From: an uncultured Clostridia bacterium
GTDB taxonomy: Bacteria; Bacillota; Clostridia; Christensenellales; UBA1242
NCBI GenBank assembly: GCA_944383415.1
Contig: CALWPK010000004.1
Span: forward strand, 44,197 to 108,196
Direction: 5' to 3'
Length of the DNA: 64,000 bases
The translations under genes were made by a program, and so were the position numbers. The number at the start of each line of letters is the position of its first letter. The first letter of the stretch is position 1. The notes under the pieces were generated by a model. The model did not search any database. It saw nothing but the letters and a program-made list of their open reading frames with translations, and had not been told where the DNA came from. Shown here piece after piece: positions 49,291 to 59,509 of this stretch.

Positions 49291-49731
49291 TTATTTTCTC
49301 TCTTCTATTTCGTCTTCTGCGACTTCGTGCTCAACCTTTGCTTCACCTACACACCAACTAGCAATCAAATATCCTGTGGTCATCAATGATAGGATTGAAA
49401 TTGAGATGAAGATATTGAAGAAATCTGTAGCCAAGCCGTCCATACCAGTATTGAAGAAATATAAGATACAAGCCATAATGACAGCCAACAAACTCAAAAC
49501 ATAGATTATTATACCTGTAATGAATTTTGATCTGTGAGATATTGTACAAAATACATCATAAATTGCCACAACGATCACAACTCCCGACCAGATGAAGTAT
49601 ATCACTTTTGCCCACATTGCCACGTCCTTGATAATCAATGCATAGATGAAAAATGCTGAACTCAGTATAGACAATGCACTCAGTGTATAATATACTATTG
49701 TAGACATCAACTTCTTATTTTTTACACTCAT
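49291..49731 (-). CDS. polytopic membrane protein
   Basis: Start at the ATG 49731 (MSVKNKKLM) with aggagga upstream. Four hydrophobic helices and an acidic tail. Confidence 0.6.
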   Translation of the reverse strand: MSVKNKKLMSTIVYYTLSALSILSSAFFIYALIIKDVAMWAKVIYFIWSGVVIVVAIYDVFCTISHRSKFITGIIIYVLSLLAVIMACILYFFNTGMDGLATDFFNIFISISILSLMTTGYLIASWCVGEAKVEHEVAEDEIEERK

Positions 49732-49759
49732 AAATCCTCCTATGAGTATTTTTATCAAA

Positions 49760-50140
49760 ATCAGTGATTTTATTCACAATCTACAATTTATTTTTTTATT
49801 TATCCATTAAAAAATTTTTATATTTATTCAAAAATTTTTAAAAATTATTAAAATTAATATTATTTTTATTGATTTTTTATTAATTTTTTATAATTTTTAT
49901 TTTATTTTTTGATTTTTACATATTTTTATTTGTTTACATTTTTATAGTTAATAAATTCTTTAATTCAATGGTAATAAATTTAATTTATATTATTATTAAA
50001 TGTAAATACTTAAAATAAATGTTTTAATCTATTAATTATTCAATTTTAATTTGTTTATATTATCGATAAAATATATAATAAGTTAAAATGATATTAATAC
50101 GATTTTAATAGATAAAATAATTTTTTAATTTCAAATTCAA
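49760..50140. repeat. A/T island 3 with phased T-tracts
   Basis: T5-T6 runs start at 49863, 49873, 49884, 49894, 49905, 49913, 49923 and 49939. Almost G/C-free. Confidence 0.8.
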
Positions 50141-52771
50141 TTATAAATTTACTGACATTTTGCTTAACTTTATTTTTTTGCTTTTGAATCTTTTATTTTC
50201 TAAAATCAATTTAAACAACTCACACAATGGAATAATCAAAACGGAGGCAATTATAACAACTATCCATTGAGACAAATTCAAATATTCCAAACTAAAAAGC
50301 GGGTACATAATAGGCACGCAAGCCACCATCAAGTTTATAGCGAGTGTTATCAAAAAGCAGATGTTGAATGCTTTGTTTTCAACGAGATTTTTTTCAAATA
50401 TACTTGAATTCGTCTTGCAGTTGACGCTATGTAACAACTGCATAAATATGATTGTAAAGAATACCATACTGCTTGCGACGTCTGGAGAATAACATTTGAT
50501 TCCCACCACATAGACTACCATCACTATCAGCGTCTGCAAAATGGATTGATAAATGATTGCCACTCCCACCTTTCCACCGAAAAGTCCAGCACTACTATCT
50601 CGAGGTGGAGATTGCATCACTTCTTTTTCCACCTTTTCTAGCCCGAGCGCAAACGCTGGCAAACTATCCGTCACTAGATTGATAAACAACATCTGTGCAG
50701 GCAACAAGAATGTATATTCAGGAAAGAATATGAGAGACAACAACATTCCAAAAACTTCGACACAATTTGTAGATATCAAAAATTGTAGAGCCTTTTGAAT
50801 ATTGCTATACACTTTCCTTCCCTCTTCTACCGCCACCACAATTGAAGAAAAATTGTCATCCGTTACCACCATATCTGCCACATTTTTCACCACATCTGTG
50901 CCAGACTTTCCCATTCCTACGCCAATGTCTGCAATTTTAAGACTAGGGGCGTCATTCACTCCGTCTCCAGTCATCGCAACGATTTTCTTTAGCCCCTTAT
51001 ATGCCTTAACAATTCGCACCTTATGCTCAGGAGTGACTCGTGCATAGACAGTGTATTGATTGCAAACTTTTCTTAATTCTTTATCGCTCAACTTGTCAAG
51101 TTCTTCACCCGTGATCACTTGACTGGGACTACTCGCTATGCCCAATTCACTTGCGATCGCATAAGCGGTACGTTTGTGATCCCCCGTGATCATCACGGGC
51201 TTTAGTCCCGCTTTGAAACACTTTTCGATGCTTGCCTTCACTTCAGGACGCGGATTATCCATCATCCCCACCAAACCTAAGAAAACAATTTCCTCTTCCA
51301 AATCGTCACTAGGGTTGAATTCATCAAAATCTTTATAACATAGAGCAATCACCCTCAATGCCCGATCGGTCATCTCATCGTTGATTTTACTAATTTTATT
51401 CTTCATTTCTTCTGTAAAAGGCAAAATCTTACCATTCAACTTTATATTTTTACACTTTTTTATCAAAATTTCAGGAGCACCCTTTGTATAACTCTTTATT
51501 CCATTTTCATTGACGATCACACTCATCATTTTTCTAGTGGAATTGAACGGAATTTCGTGAATTATCTTGCGTTCGAACGTTTCGCCTTTCCCCAACGCAT
51601 ATTCAAACAACGCACACTCGGTCGGCTCTCCTATCACTTTCCCTTTTTCCAACTTCGCATTGTTGCATACGATCATACATCTCAACGAATCTTTGTACGC
51701 CTCGCCCGAGTCTATATTGTAGCAATTGTCAAAGTATGTCTGCACTACCTGCATTTTATTGAGAGTCAATGTGCCCGTTTTGTCCGTACATATAATCTCA
51801 CAACTCCCCAATGTCTCCACTGCGTGCAGGTGTTTTATTATACATTTTCGTTTCGCAAGTTGCTGAACTCCCAATGCAAGAATGATAGTGATCACCGCAG
51901 GTAGACTTTCTGGTATGGCAGCCACAGCGAGTGCTACAGACGTCATCAGCGCGTCAATGAACCCATTGCCACTAATCATTTCAATCAAAAGTATCACCAC
52001 ACAGACTGCCAAGACCACATAGGTGATAATTTTGCCGATTTTGTCAATAGATTTTTGTAGAGGGGTGACTTCTTTTTTCGCGTTGAACAAAATATTTGCG
52101 ATTTTGCCTAGTTCTGTATTTTTGCCAGTTGCCGTCACCACGCCGACTGCTTTACCTCTAGAAATCATACTGCCAGAAAACACCATATTTTTTCGCTCTG
52201 CAAGTGGGGTATTCCTACTAAGCACTATATCCGCGTTTTTCTCTACAGGCACGCTTTCACCCGTCAGCATACTTTCGTCTGCGGATAGATTGTTCGCCTC
52301 GAGCAATCGGATGTCTGCCTGAGCGACATTTCCTGCCTCCAATTCGACAATGTCTCCCACGACTAACTCTGTGCTATCAATATTCAGAGTCACGCCATTT
52401 CGCACTACTTTCACATTCGTTTTTGAATATTTATTAAGGTCATCCAAACACGCCTGTGCCTTGTTTTCTTGAAATACGCCGATGAGCGCATTCATTATAA
52501 CTATGAATAGAATCACAAATCCTTCGAACAAATCAGCATATTCCCTATCCGCAATTGCTATCACCAAAGACACGATTGCCGATACTAGCAAGATTCCTAC
52601 CATTATGTTCAAAAATTGTTTGAAAAAACACTTGAGAAATGACTGTTTCTTCTCTCTTTCCATTTCGTTTTTCCCATATTTTTTTAGCCTTGATTGTGCT
52701 TCATTTTGACTAATACCATTATGAGTCGAATTCAATTCTTCTAGGACTTTGTTTGGATTGATATAATACAT
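50141..52771 (-). CDS. P-type Ca2+-transporting ATPase (P2 type)
   Basis: LTGES, ICTDKTGTLT, and TGDGVNDAPSLK motifs. 876 aa with ten TM-like segments. Confidence 0.92.
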   Translation of the reverse strand: MYYINPNKVLEELNSTHNGISQNEAQSRLKKYGKNEMEREKKQSFLKCFFKQFLNIMVGILLVSAIVSLVIAIADREYADLFEGFVILFIVIMNALIGVFQENKAQACLDDLNKYSKTNVKVVRNGVTLNIDSTELVVGDIVELEAGNVAQADIRLLEANNLSADESMLTGESVPVEKNADIVLSRNTPLAERKNMVFSGSMISRGKAVGVVTATGKNTELGKIANILFNAKKEVTPLQKSIDKIGKIITYVVLAVCVVILLIEMISGNGFIDALMTSVALAVAAIPESLPAVITIILALGVQQLAKRKCIIKHLHAVETLGSCEIICTDKTGTLTLNKMQVVQTYFDNCYNIDSGEAYKDSLRCMIVCNNAKLEKGKVIGEPTECALFEYALGKGETFERKIIHEIPFNSTRKMMSVIVNENGIKSYTKGAPEILIKKCKNIKLNGKILPFTEEMKNKISKINDEMTDRALRVIALCYKDFDEFNPSDDLEEEIVFLGLVGMMDNPRPEVKASIEKCFKAGLKPVMITGDHKRTAYAIASELGIASSPSQVITGEELDKLSDKELRKVCNQYTVYARVTPEHKVRIVKAYKGLKKIVAMTGDGVNDAPSLKIADIGVGMGKSGTDVVKNVADMVVTDDNFSSIVVAVEEGRKVYSNIQKALQFLISTNCVEVFGMLLSLIFFPEYTFLLPAQMLFINLVTDSLPAFALGLEKVEKEVMQSPPRDSSAGLFGGKVGVAIIYQSILQTLIVMVVYVVGIKCYSPDVASSMVFFTIIFMQLLHSVNCKTNSSIFEKNLVENKAFNICFLITLAINLMVACVPIMYPLFSLEYLNLSQWIVVIIASVLIIPLCELFKLILENKRFKSKKIKLSKMSVNL

Positions 52772-52981
52772 ATAAATAAATGTATTAAATTCTTCTGATA
52801 AATAGAACTTTTATAATCTGTCAAAATCGATCAATTATATAAAAACACGTTCAAAATATATTTGTCTCACTCTTTTCCTCATATAATCACATATAATAAA
52901 ATTATTGTCGTAAAGATCTCAATAGGTACAAAAAAATTTGTAATTTAATTTACATTGTGATAATATAAAAATGAGGAGAAT

Positions 52982-54829
52982 ATGAAAGAATTTATCTTAA
53001 AGATCAAATCAGAAATCAAAATGGACAATCTAAAACTGAAAGAATTAGAATCTATATTGAAGGATATGGGTCTAAACGAGGATTGTCTGCTTGCAACTTT
53101 ATTGTACATTGCCATCATTAGTGGGCAAAAAAACATTGATGAGATATCCACAATTTATCCAGAAAATGTGGTAAACGTGGTAAAAACTCTCCTAAAACTT
53201 GACCAAATCAACTATTCTCAACAATCAATTGAGGCTGAGAATATACGCAAAATGTTTTTTGCCATCACAAAAGATATTCGTACAATAATGCTGAAAATCG
53301 CACTCGTGGTGACCAAACTTAGACATATCGACGAATTGAACGATGAGGACAAAATCACACTCGCACACTCTATATTTGCCCTATTTGCCCCACTATCTGC
53401 AAGACTTGGATTATCAGCATTCAAAACAGAACTGGAAAACGGTGCATTCAAAATCCTAGATCCAGAAAAATATGATGGAATTCAGTCTGAGGTAGACTCT
53501 CGTTTTCACAAACGTCAACCTATTGTGGAAAGGCTCAAGACTTTGGTCATCAGTTGTATGAGTGATCTAGGAATTTCAGGGAAAGTTTATGGTAGGAAAA
53601 AACACATATATAGCATATACAAAAAACTATTAGATCACCCGCTGGATAATATTTACGACTTGATTGCCGTGCGTGCAATTGTCAAGACGATTCCTGACTG
53701 CTATGCTCTACTTGGACGTCTTCATTCGGTCGTGGAACCTATGCAAAATCGATTCAAAGACTATATTGCAATTCCCAAGCCAAACGGATATCAATCTCTG
53801 CACACCACAGTGATATTTGAAGGTTTCCCTGTGGAAATTCAAATTAGGACGGAAGAGATGCACAAATACGCCGAATACGGTGTAGCTGCCCACTGGCTAT
53901 ACAAAGAAAAACGTTCAAAGCAAGATTCGCTCGATGTTCGTCTTGCGTGGCTAAGACAGATGATGGAAAATGAAAATGTGAGCATTGATGAACTAGCAAA
54001 ATCGCTAAGTCAAGATATCTACAACAATGAGATTTTCGTTCAGACGCCAAAAGGAAAAGTCATATATCTACCTAGTGGATCTACTCCTATCGATTTTGCT
54101 TATGCGATTCATAGTGAGGTAGGAAACAAATGCGTGGGTGCAAAGATCAATGGAAAAATGTCTACAGTCTCTGCCACGCTAAACAACGGAGATATAGTAG
54201 AGATAATCACCAACGCAAACTCAAAAGGTCCATCACGCGACTGGCTAAAAATCTGCAAAACCAGCGAAGCACGCAGTAAAATCAATTCGTTTTTCAAAAA
54301 GAATATGAAAGAGGATACGATAAAATTAGGAAAATCTCTACTCGAAAATGCTATAAAGGACAAAGGTTATTCAGTATCCAAATTGCTAGCAAAAACATAT
54401 TTAGACGAAATACTAGACTATTACAATATGAATGAAATTGATGAACTTTATACCAATATTGGCACGAACGCAATTTCCGCTAAATATATCGCAAACAAAC
54501 TAGCGAACTCATATCAAAAGCAGATCAAACAAGATGAAAGCAATTCATCTCAAGTAAACAAAGTGAGTTTATCCGCTCCAACTGACAAGCAAATTCAACT
54601 AAAAGGACTAAATAATATATTGATAAAATTTGCTGGATGTTGCCGTCCTATGTATGGCGATCCGATAGTCGGATTCGTATCCTCTGGGCGAGGTGTGATA
54701 ATCCATAGAGCAGTTTGTCCAAATCTTAGTTTCTTCAATCATCATAGAATTATTGACGCCAGTTGGAAACCGATTGAAGAACGTCTAAAATCTACAAAAA
54801 AACATAAAAAACAACAAAATTCAGCATAG
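52982..54829 (+). CDS. long RelA/SpoT homolog with degenerate hydrolase domain and no ACT/RRM domain
   Basis: Synthetase motifs are GRKKHIYSIYKK, YQSLHTTV and EIQIRTEEMH. TGS: VQTPKGKVIYLPSGSTPIDFAY. Zn finger: CCRP..C. The HD position reads LLYIAIISG, and the protein ends ~40 aa after the Zn finger. Confidence 0.88.
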   Translation: MKEFILKIKSEIKMDNLKLKELESILKDMGLNEDCLLATLLYIAIISGQKNIDEISTIYPENVVNVVKTLLKLDQINYSQQSIEAENIRKMFFAITKDIRTIMLKIALVVTKLRHIDELNDEDKITLAHSIFALFAPLSARLGLSAFKTELENGAFKILDPEKYDGIQSEVDSRFHKRQPIVERLKTLVISCMSDLGISGKVYGRKKHIYSIYKKLLDHPLDNIYDLIAVRAIVKTIPDCYALLGRLHSVVEPMQNRFKDYIAIPKPNGYQSLHTTVIFEGFPVEIQIRTEEMHKYAEYGVAAHWLYKEKRSKQDSLDVRLAWLRQMMENENVSIDELAKSLSQDIYNNEIFVQTPKGKVIYLPSGSTPIDFAYAIHSEVGNKCVGAKINGKMSTVSATLNNGDIVEIITNANSKGPSRDWLKICKTSEARSKINSFFKKNMKEDTIKLGKSLLENAIKDKGYSVSKLLAKTYLDEILDYYNMNEIDELYTNIGTNAISAKYIANKLANSYQKQIKQDESNSSQVNKVSLSAPTDKQIQLKGLNNILIKFAGCCRPMYGDPIVGFVSSGRGVIIHRAVCPNLSFFNHHRIIDASWKPIEERLKSTKKHKKQQNSA

Positions 54830-54846
54830 TACGTGCTGAATTTTGT
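54819..54846 (+). terminator. possible terminator overlapping the stop codon
   Basis: ttcagca / tgctgaa stem followed by ttttg. Confidence 0.4.
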
Positions 54847-54930
54847 TATTTTGACAAAATTTTTCATTTTTTGTTTGTTATTATGTTCAAATTTATGTAT
54901 AATAAAATTAAATGAATTTTTAGGAGACTT

Positions 54931-56106
54931 ATGAAAAAACGAGTTTTATTGACCTATATGGAATCAGGTATGGGACATATTACTTCAATCAAATCTATTT
55001 CCGATGCACTGAGGAAATTGAATGACGGCAGTCTGGAATTGATAGACAGTTATATTATGCAGGAGGACAAAAATCCTACCCTTATCAAATTCAACAATTT
55101 CATCATCCACCAAACCAAACAAACGAACAAAATCAGAGGATATGGAGCATTTGTATTTGCAGTATTGGAGATTTTGGGAAAACAAAAATTTATGGTAGGG
55201 GTTCACCACACATTGTTTAGGCGTGCACTATTTGAGACGCTAAAAGCGATAGATAAATACAAACCAGACGTCATCGTGAGCACGCACTATTTTATGACTC
55301 TGTGCGCCATTGAGTACAAGAAAAAGTACAACAAGAATTGTATAGTGGTCACATACAATCCCGACAACAATATTCACGTATGGTGGGACAATCGCGATGG
55401 CTTGTTCATAGTCAACAATCCTGAGGCGTATCAAGAGGCGATCAAGCGTAGGCACTTCAATCCAGATGATGTGAAACAGGTATATTTCACCGCCCGTGAT
55501 GAAATAATTTCCGCACATCAAGACAAGATAAAATATAGAGAAAAATACAATATTCCAAAGGATAAATTTTGCGTCATCATCGCAGATGGTGCTTATGCTA
55601 GTGCGAAAGCAAAATCTGTATGTGAGGAACTATTGAAAACTACTCTTCCGATCACAATCATTATGCTTGCTGGCAAAAATTTAGAAATATATAATCATTT
55701 TAAGAATTTAGAATCTCAAGTGAACGACAATATTACGCTGTTGACCTCAGGATTTACTCCTGAAGCGTATGAATTATATTGCGCGAGCGACTTATTCATC
55801 ACAAAGGCAGGTCCAAACGCTATATTAGACAGTGTATTTATGAACACACCTATTATAGTAGATTATTATGCTCACCCTATAGAGAAAGCAACAATGAAAT
55901 TGTTTGTAGATAAATTCAAATGTGGATTAGCAATATACAAACCTAAAAAAATCAGAAAAAAAGTGGAAGAGTTTATCCAAAATCCAACACTACTCAAGCC
56001 TTACGTTGACAATTGCAAAAAAATTGATAAAAATCAAAATGGTGCTGAAGATGTAGCGAAATTTATTATTGAGGAAATCAAGAAATCAAATGAAAAAAAC
56101 ACTTGA
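54931..56106 (+). CDS. GT28/MGDG-synthase-like diacylglycerol glycosyltransferase
   Basis: The N-terminus RVLLTYMESGMGHITSIKSI is typical of UgtP/MGDG-synthase-type enzymes. GT-B C-terminal half. Confidence 0.75.
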   Translation: MKKRVLLTYMESGMGHITSIKSISDALRKLNDGSLELIDSYIMQEDKNPTLIKFNNFIIHQTKQTNKIRGYGAFVFAVLEILGKQKFMVGVHHTLFRRALFETLKAIDKYKPDVIVSTHYFMTLCAIEYKKKYNKNCIVVTYNPDNNIHVWWDNRDGLFIVNNPEAYQEAIKRRHFNPDDVKQVYFTARDEIISAHQDKIKYREKYNIPKDKFCVIIADGAYASAKAKSVCEELLKTTLPITIIMLAGKNLEIYNHFKNLESQVNDNITLLTSGFTPEAYELYCASDLFITKAGPNAILDSVFMNTPIIVDYYAHPIEKATMKLFVDKFKCGLAIYKPKKIRKKVEEFIQNPTLLKPYVDNCKKIDKNQNGAEDVAKFIIEEIKKSNEKNT

Positions 56107-57019
56107 TACAATATATAAATACGACGAACACGCGATGAAACTGAATCCCAATTCGAAAGAATACAAAGAGATTCTAGATCGTCTCGCTTCAAAAGGAGAA
56201 TTTGACGTCCATACCACAAAATTCAAAACGAGCGATGCAAAAAAAATCAATGGGCAATACATCTATGTTCCAAGGAATGTCCTATACAAAATAACACGTG
56301 CAGTATGCAAGACTATATTATATGTTTTTCGACCACTCATCAATGGTCTTGCATTTCATTTGAAAATCAAAGGCAGGAAAAATTTGAAGGGACTAAAATC
56401 CGCCATCACTATCAGCAATCACGTACATTATCTAGATATCCTTATGAATATGCAGGCAATCAACAAGAAAAATTTTTACGTAGTTGCCGCCAATCACAAT
56501 ATGAAACGTGGTCCAGTGGGATACATTTTCAAAGCCTGCGGAGTATTACCCCTATCCTCTTCCTTAGATGCTTCAATAAACTTAAATAAGACTATTAAAA
56601 GCATATTAAGTAAAGGTGGTTTTGTACATATATATGCTGAATCGGCACTTTGGTTTCGTTATGAACGCAGTCGTCCCCTCAAAATCGGAGCATTTAAAAT
56701 CGCCAGCGAAAACAATGTACCAGTTGTGCCAATCGTAATTTTGTTTAGAGAAAAGAGCAAATTTGAATTTTTCAGACGGAAAAAAACTATCACAATTCAA
56801 ATTGGAGCACCTATTTATCCAGACAAAAATTTAACTGTACGAGAAAATGCCGAACAAATGAAAGAAAAATGCCAAAAATATTATAACGACACCGTGTGTG
56901 AATTTTATGGTTATGACAAAAATACATATAACATATACACCTATCCAAAAAAACAAAATAAATCACTAGATATCAATGCTAACTTAGAAAATATTAATAA
57001 TGACAAAGAAGATGTTTGA
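56090..57019 (+). CDS. LPLAT/PlsC-family acyltransferase, paralog A
   Basis: NHVHYLD (HX4D), YAESALW, and VPVVPI blocks. I prefer the ATG at 56090 over the TTG at 56069. It overlaps the end of the GT28 gene. Confidence 0.75.
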   Translation: MKKTLDTIYKYDEHAMKLNPNSKEYKEILDRLASKGEFDVHTTKFKTSDAKKINGQYIYVPRNVLYKITRAVCKTILYVFRPLINGLAFHLKIKGRKNLKGLKSAITISNHVHYLDILMNMQAINKKNFYVVAANHNMKRGPVGYIFKACGVLPLSSSLDASINLNKTIKSILSKGGFVHIYAESALWFRYERSRPLKIGAFKIASENNVPVVPIVILFREKSKFEFFRRKKTITIQIGAPIYPDKNLTVRENAEQMKEKCQKYYNDTVCEFYGYDKNTYNIYTYPKKQNKSLDINANLENINNDKEDV

Positions 57020-57094
57020 TATTTAGAAACGTATCTATTGATAAATTCAGAAGTAATCATTTTTTGAAGGTTAGTTTGAGCGCACTAATAAAAC

Positions 57095-57123
57095 AAAAAA
57101 ATCGACTATATTAGTCGATTTTT
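57095..57123. terminator. bidirectional rho-independent terminator
   Basis: atcgacta (57101-57108) pairs with tagtcgat (57112-57119), flanked by an A-run and a T-run. Confidence 0.75.
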
Positions 57124-57357
57124 CTAAGCAAGGACTTTTGGTTCTTTGAAAATACAAATGCAGATAATGTCAATGACCCAAAGTGCAAACCATCCCAAAA
57201 TTATCCACAAAATTCCTGCAATGATACGAGAAATCTTGCCGTACGCCACACCTTTTATTATACGGTACACCGCCCAAACTAGATCCAGTACAGGGAGTGC
57301 AAAGACAATCTTCAACCACAAAGGTGCCTCGTCCATCCACTTAACAAATCCTTTCAT
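57124..57357 (-). CDS. small two-TM membrane protein
   Basis: 77 aa with two hydrophobic helices. It lies on the opposite strand within the lipid cluster. Confidence 0.5.
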   Translation of the reverse strand: MKGFVKWMDEAPLWLKIVFALPVLDLVWAVYRIIKGVAYGKISRIIAGILWIILGWFALWVIDIICICIFKEPKVLA

Positions 57358-57547
57358 ACGCTCTCCTTTTTTATATTATAAATATAATATCTAAAATATT
57401 ACAAATTTGCAAACATTTTCAATGGTTTCTCTACAATTTTTCAAATAATATGCAATTAATATTGAAATTCGAGATTGAGAACTCAACTTATTGAAAAAAA
57501 CTTGACAAATATAGAAAAAATTATGATAATCTAGATAAGGAGAAAGG

Positions 57548-58324
57548 ATGAAACAGGGTGACATCATTTATTATGCAGATGAGTTGTGCGATGAAATCAT
57601 AGATTTCAAAATCAAGCCTATCAAGATTGACGAGCATTATAAGTACATCCACACTAATCCATTTCATAGATTTTGGTCATTTTTTACTTATCGAATTTTG
57701 GCAACTCCTATAGTGAGCATATATTTCAAGATGTTTAAGCGAGTCAAATATGAGAATACGAAAATTTTGAAACAATACAAAACTCAAGGATATTTCATAT
57801 ACGGCAATCACACCAATCAATTTTCAGACGGCTTCAGTCCTACTATTATCTGCTTTCCAAAAAAACCTCACATAATTGTCAATCCAGACAACGTATCAAT
57901 CCCATTTTGGGGAAGATTTACGCGCAACTGGGGCGCATTGCCTCTACCTGACACTATCAATGCCACTAAAAATTTCAACAAGGCAATTGAATATACTTTA
58001 CAAAAAAACAACCCAATTTTAATCTATCCCGAAGCGCACCTCTGGCCGTATTATACAAAAATTAGACCATTTGATAGCAAATCGTTTAGATATCCAGTTA
58101 TCTATGATAGACCCGTATTCTCATTCACCACCACTTATCACAAAAGGAAACATTCAAAAAAACCAAAAATTATCATCTATGTAGACGGACCATTCTATCC
58201 TGACCAATCTTTAGACAAAAAAACTGCTATGCAAAAACTGCGTGATCAAGTCTATGAAAAGATGACAAAGCGATCGATGCTTAGCGATTATGAATACATT
58301 AAGTACGTTAAAAAGGAGAAATAA
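57548..58324 (+). CDS. LPLAT-like acyltransferase, paralog B (divergent)
   Basis: GNHTNQFSDGF (His-Asp spacing one residue longer than HX4D), IYPEAHLW, and RPVFSF. SD aaggagaaagg. Confidence 0.6.
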   Translation: MKQGDIIYYADELCDEIIDFKIKPIKIDEHYKYIHTNPFHRFWSFFTYRILATPIVSIYFKMFKRVKYENTKILKQYKTQGYFIYGNHTNQFSDGFSPTIICFPKKPHIIVNPDNVSIPFWGRFTRNWGALPLPDTINATKNFNKAIEYTLQKNNPILIYPEAHLWPYYTKIRPFDSKSFRYPVIYDRPVFSFTTTYHKRKHSKKPKIIIYVDGPFYPDQSLDKKTAMQKLRDQVYEKMTKRSMLSDYEYIKYVKKEK

Positions 58325-59142
58325 TGATTAATATACTATTTGGGGGAAATTACAAAGTATTTGATGGTATACTTTTGTGCCTTATGTCAATGACAAAATA
58401 TTGCAATCAACCACTCAATATTTATATAATCTCAGCAGAACTCACCGACCTTAATCCCGATTACCGCCCAATTACTGAAGAGAATCGTCAATTTCTAGAA
58501 AATATTGTGAAAGAAAAAAATAAAAATAGCAAAGTCCAACTAATTTTGCTCGGTGATGAATTCAAAAATTGGATTAAAATATCACAAAACAAATCTAGCA
58601 TCTATACTCCATACACTTTCCTACGACTATTTGCTGACAAGATTGAAGGAATCCCCGATAAAATAATATATTTAGATACGGATATAATGATTAACGGTGA
58701 TATCAAAGAACTATTTGATATTGATGTTTCTGATTACGAATTAGGCGTGGTGCTGGATAGATATGGGCACATTTTCATTCGCCCAAAATACTTCAACGCA
58801 GGAATGTTAGTTATGAATATGCGAAAGATCAAAGAGACAAACCTTTTCGAGCGCGTGAAAGAAATGTGTCAAAATAAAAAAATGAATTTCCCAGACCAAT
58901 CTGCACTGAATAAATGTACGAAGAAAAAGTTGTATCTTCCGCGCAAATTTAACGAACAAGGTGATTTGCACGACGATACTATTGTTCAACATTTCAGCAA
59001 AAGAATCAAATGGCTACCATATTTCCACACTCAAAACGTCAAACCTTGGCAGATAGATAAGGTCCATAATCTATATCACTGGCATCAGTATGATGATATT
59101 TATGAAAAATACATTGAGATAAAAAATCTGAAAAATAAATAA
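58324..59142 (+). CDS. GT8-family glycosyltransferase
   Basis: YLDTDIMINGDI (DxD) and FNAGMLVMNM motifs. The start overlaps the upstream stop (TAATG). Confidence 0.8.
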   Translation: MINILFGGNYKVFDGILLCLMSMTKYCNQPLNIYIISAELTDLNPDYRPITEENRQFLENIVKEKNKNSKVQLILLGDEFKNWIKISQNKSSIYTPYTFLRLFADKIEGIPDKIIYLDTDIMINGDIKELFDIDVSDYELGVVLDRYGHIFIRPKYFNAGMLVMNMRKIKETNLFERVKEMCQNKKMNFPDQSALNKCTKKKLYLPRKFNEQGDLHDDTIVQHFSKRIKWLPYFHTQNVKPWQIDKVHNLYHWHQYDDIYEKYIEIKNLKNK

Positions 59143-59509
59143 TTTAATTAATAATTTTTTTAAAACTCTAAAAAAATAATAAAAAATATTAAATTAATTA
59201 AAATTATAGATAAAAATTAAAATAATAATAATAAAAAATATTAAATTAATTATAGATAAAATTAAAAAATAATAATTTATAAAATAATGTAATAATTGAA
59301 ATTATTGAATATTTAGTAAATTATAAAAATATAAAACATTATATAAAATATGAATATTATTAAATGGATAATATTCCTAGATTAAAATAAGTTATTAAAA
59401 AATAAAAAACTATTAATTATAAAAATAAAAAACTTTTGTATTATTTCAAATTATTTGGTATAATTAATAAATATAAATAAAAACACATTATAAATTAGAT
59501 ATTAAAAGG
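59143..59509. repeat. A/T island 4 with phased A-tracts and a ~50-bp imperfect tandem duplication
   Basis: A-runs start at 59171, 59181, 59191, 59201 and 59212. aataaaaaatattaaattaatta occurs at 59178-59200 and 59230-59252, and ttatagataaaa follows in both copies. Confidence 0.8.
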
